Part shown: piece by piece, positions 63,442 to 64,000 of the stretch
How the letters are laid out: every line of letters begins with the position of its first letter
How positions within the stretch are numbered: the stretch's first letter is position 1
Assembly (NCBI GenBank): GCA_023205875.1
Contig: CP060769.1
Location: forward strand, 496,001 to 560,000
Origin: Chloropicon primus
Taxonomy: Eukaryota
Direction: 5' to 3'
Length of the DNA: 64,000 bases
The notes under the pieces: model-generated
The model's input: only the letters and a program-made list of their open reading frames with translations
Told to the model about the DNA's origin: nothing
Databases searched by the model: none
Translations under genes and position numbers: made by a program

Positions 63442-64000
63442 CCTCGTCCTCGCACCGACAAGGTGTCCGGTCCCGTCCCTCTCCCTCTCTCCTCTACTCG
63501 GTGATGGTGGGCGCGAGCGAAGCCAAGGGGTTTGAAGCATCCCTTCCCCAGACCAGGAGCGAGAGCGAGGAGGACGATGACGAGGAGGCAAGGGAGAGGG
63601 AGAGGGAGAGGGACATCGGCATGGGCATGGGACGACTCCATTGCGGAAGAGGGGCATTGTGGGGCAGGAGGGGAGGCATCATTGGGATGGATGACAAAAG
63701 TGTCACAGCGGAGGCAGAGGGGGTCCAAGCACGACACCTTCGAGGAAAGCTTGATGGAATGGAATGGAACACCAGTGACTTCCATCGTTGCGCATGGATG
63801 AAAATTCAAGGACCTTTGAAGCTCCTTCCCCTCGATCTTTCATCTCGTGGTACGATCGCGTCGCAAGCAAAGCTTTGGACCGAGAGGAAGGGCACTGCAG
63901 GAGAGAGAGAGAGAGAGGGAGGGGATCTTGGGTAGTTGTGTTGGTCTTGGAATGTATCTGTGTGTTGGGTTCATTGGTGGCTTTTGTGACATCTCGTGAT

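Noticed and set aside
1..64000. tRNA, rRNA and spliceosomal snRNA genes
   Set aside because: No cloverleaf, T-loop context or known snRNA 5' sequences were recognised by eye.

Overview
Gene-dense, GC-rich (roughly 55-65% in coding DNA) eukaryotic nuclear sequence with few short GT-AG introns, TGTAA poly(A) signals and many plastid/mitochondrial transit peptides. This fits a compact chlorophyte (prasinophyte-grade pico-alga) genome; the species cannot be fixed from sequence alone. About 30 protein genes can be called. Most are housekeeping: PS synthase, DHHC PAT, Cand2/TPRA1, PET100, AKR2-like, LysRS, BRO1, MINDY, BUD20, SYP5, rhodanese, RNase T2, RAB23, pTAC3-like, TPT, PfkB, NCX, DDRGK1, Rieske ISP, ABCB, DDA1. 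The most unusual elements: (1) a recent ~1.3-kb tandem duplication carrying a small prepropeptide gene (signal peptide, acidic pro-piece, RQLL and RR sites, two homologous cationic peptides, C-terminal Gly); (2) a second secreted precursor ending KR-GFCRPGWKC; (3) a 3471-aa receptor-like multi-TM protein with an RRQLM site; (4) an apparently gene-free ~2.5-kb interval with an AT-rich core (candidate centromere); (5) a chimeric Patched/HARE-HTH pseudogene cluster; (6) a tandem CGR-like methyltransferase on an extensin/EGF stalk. No rRNA, tRNA or CRISPR was found. All family assignments come from recalled motifs, not database searches.
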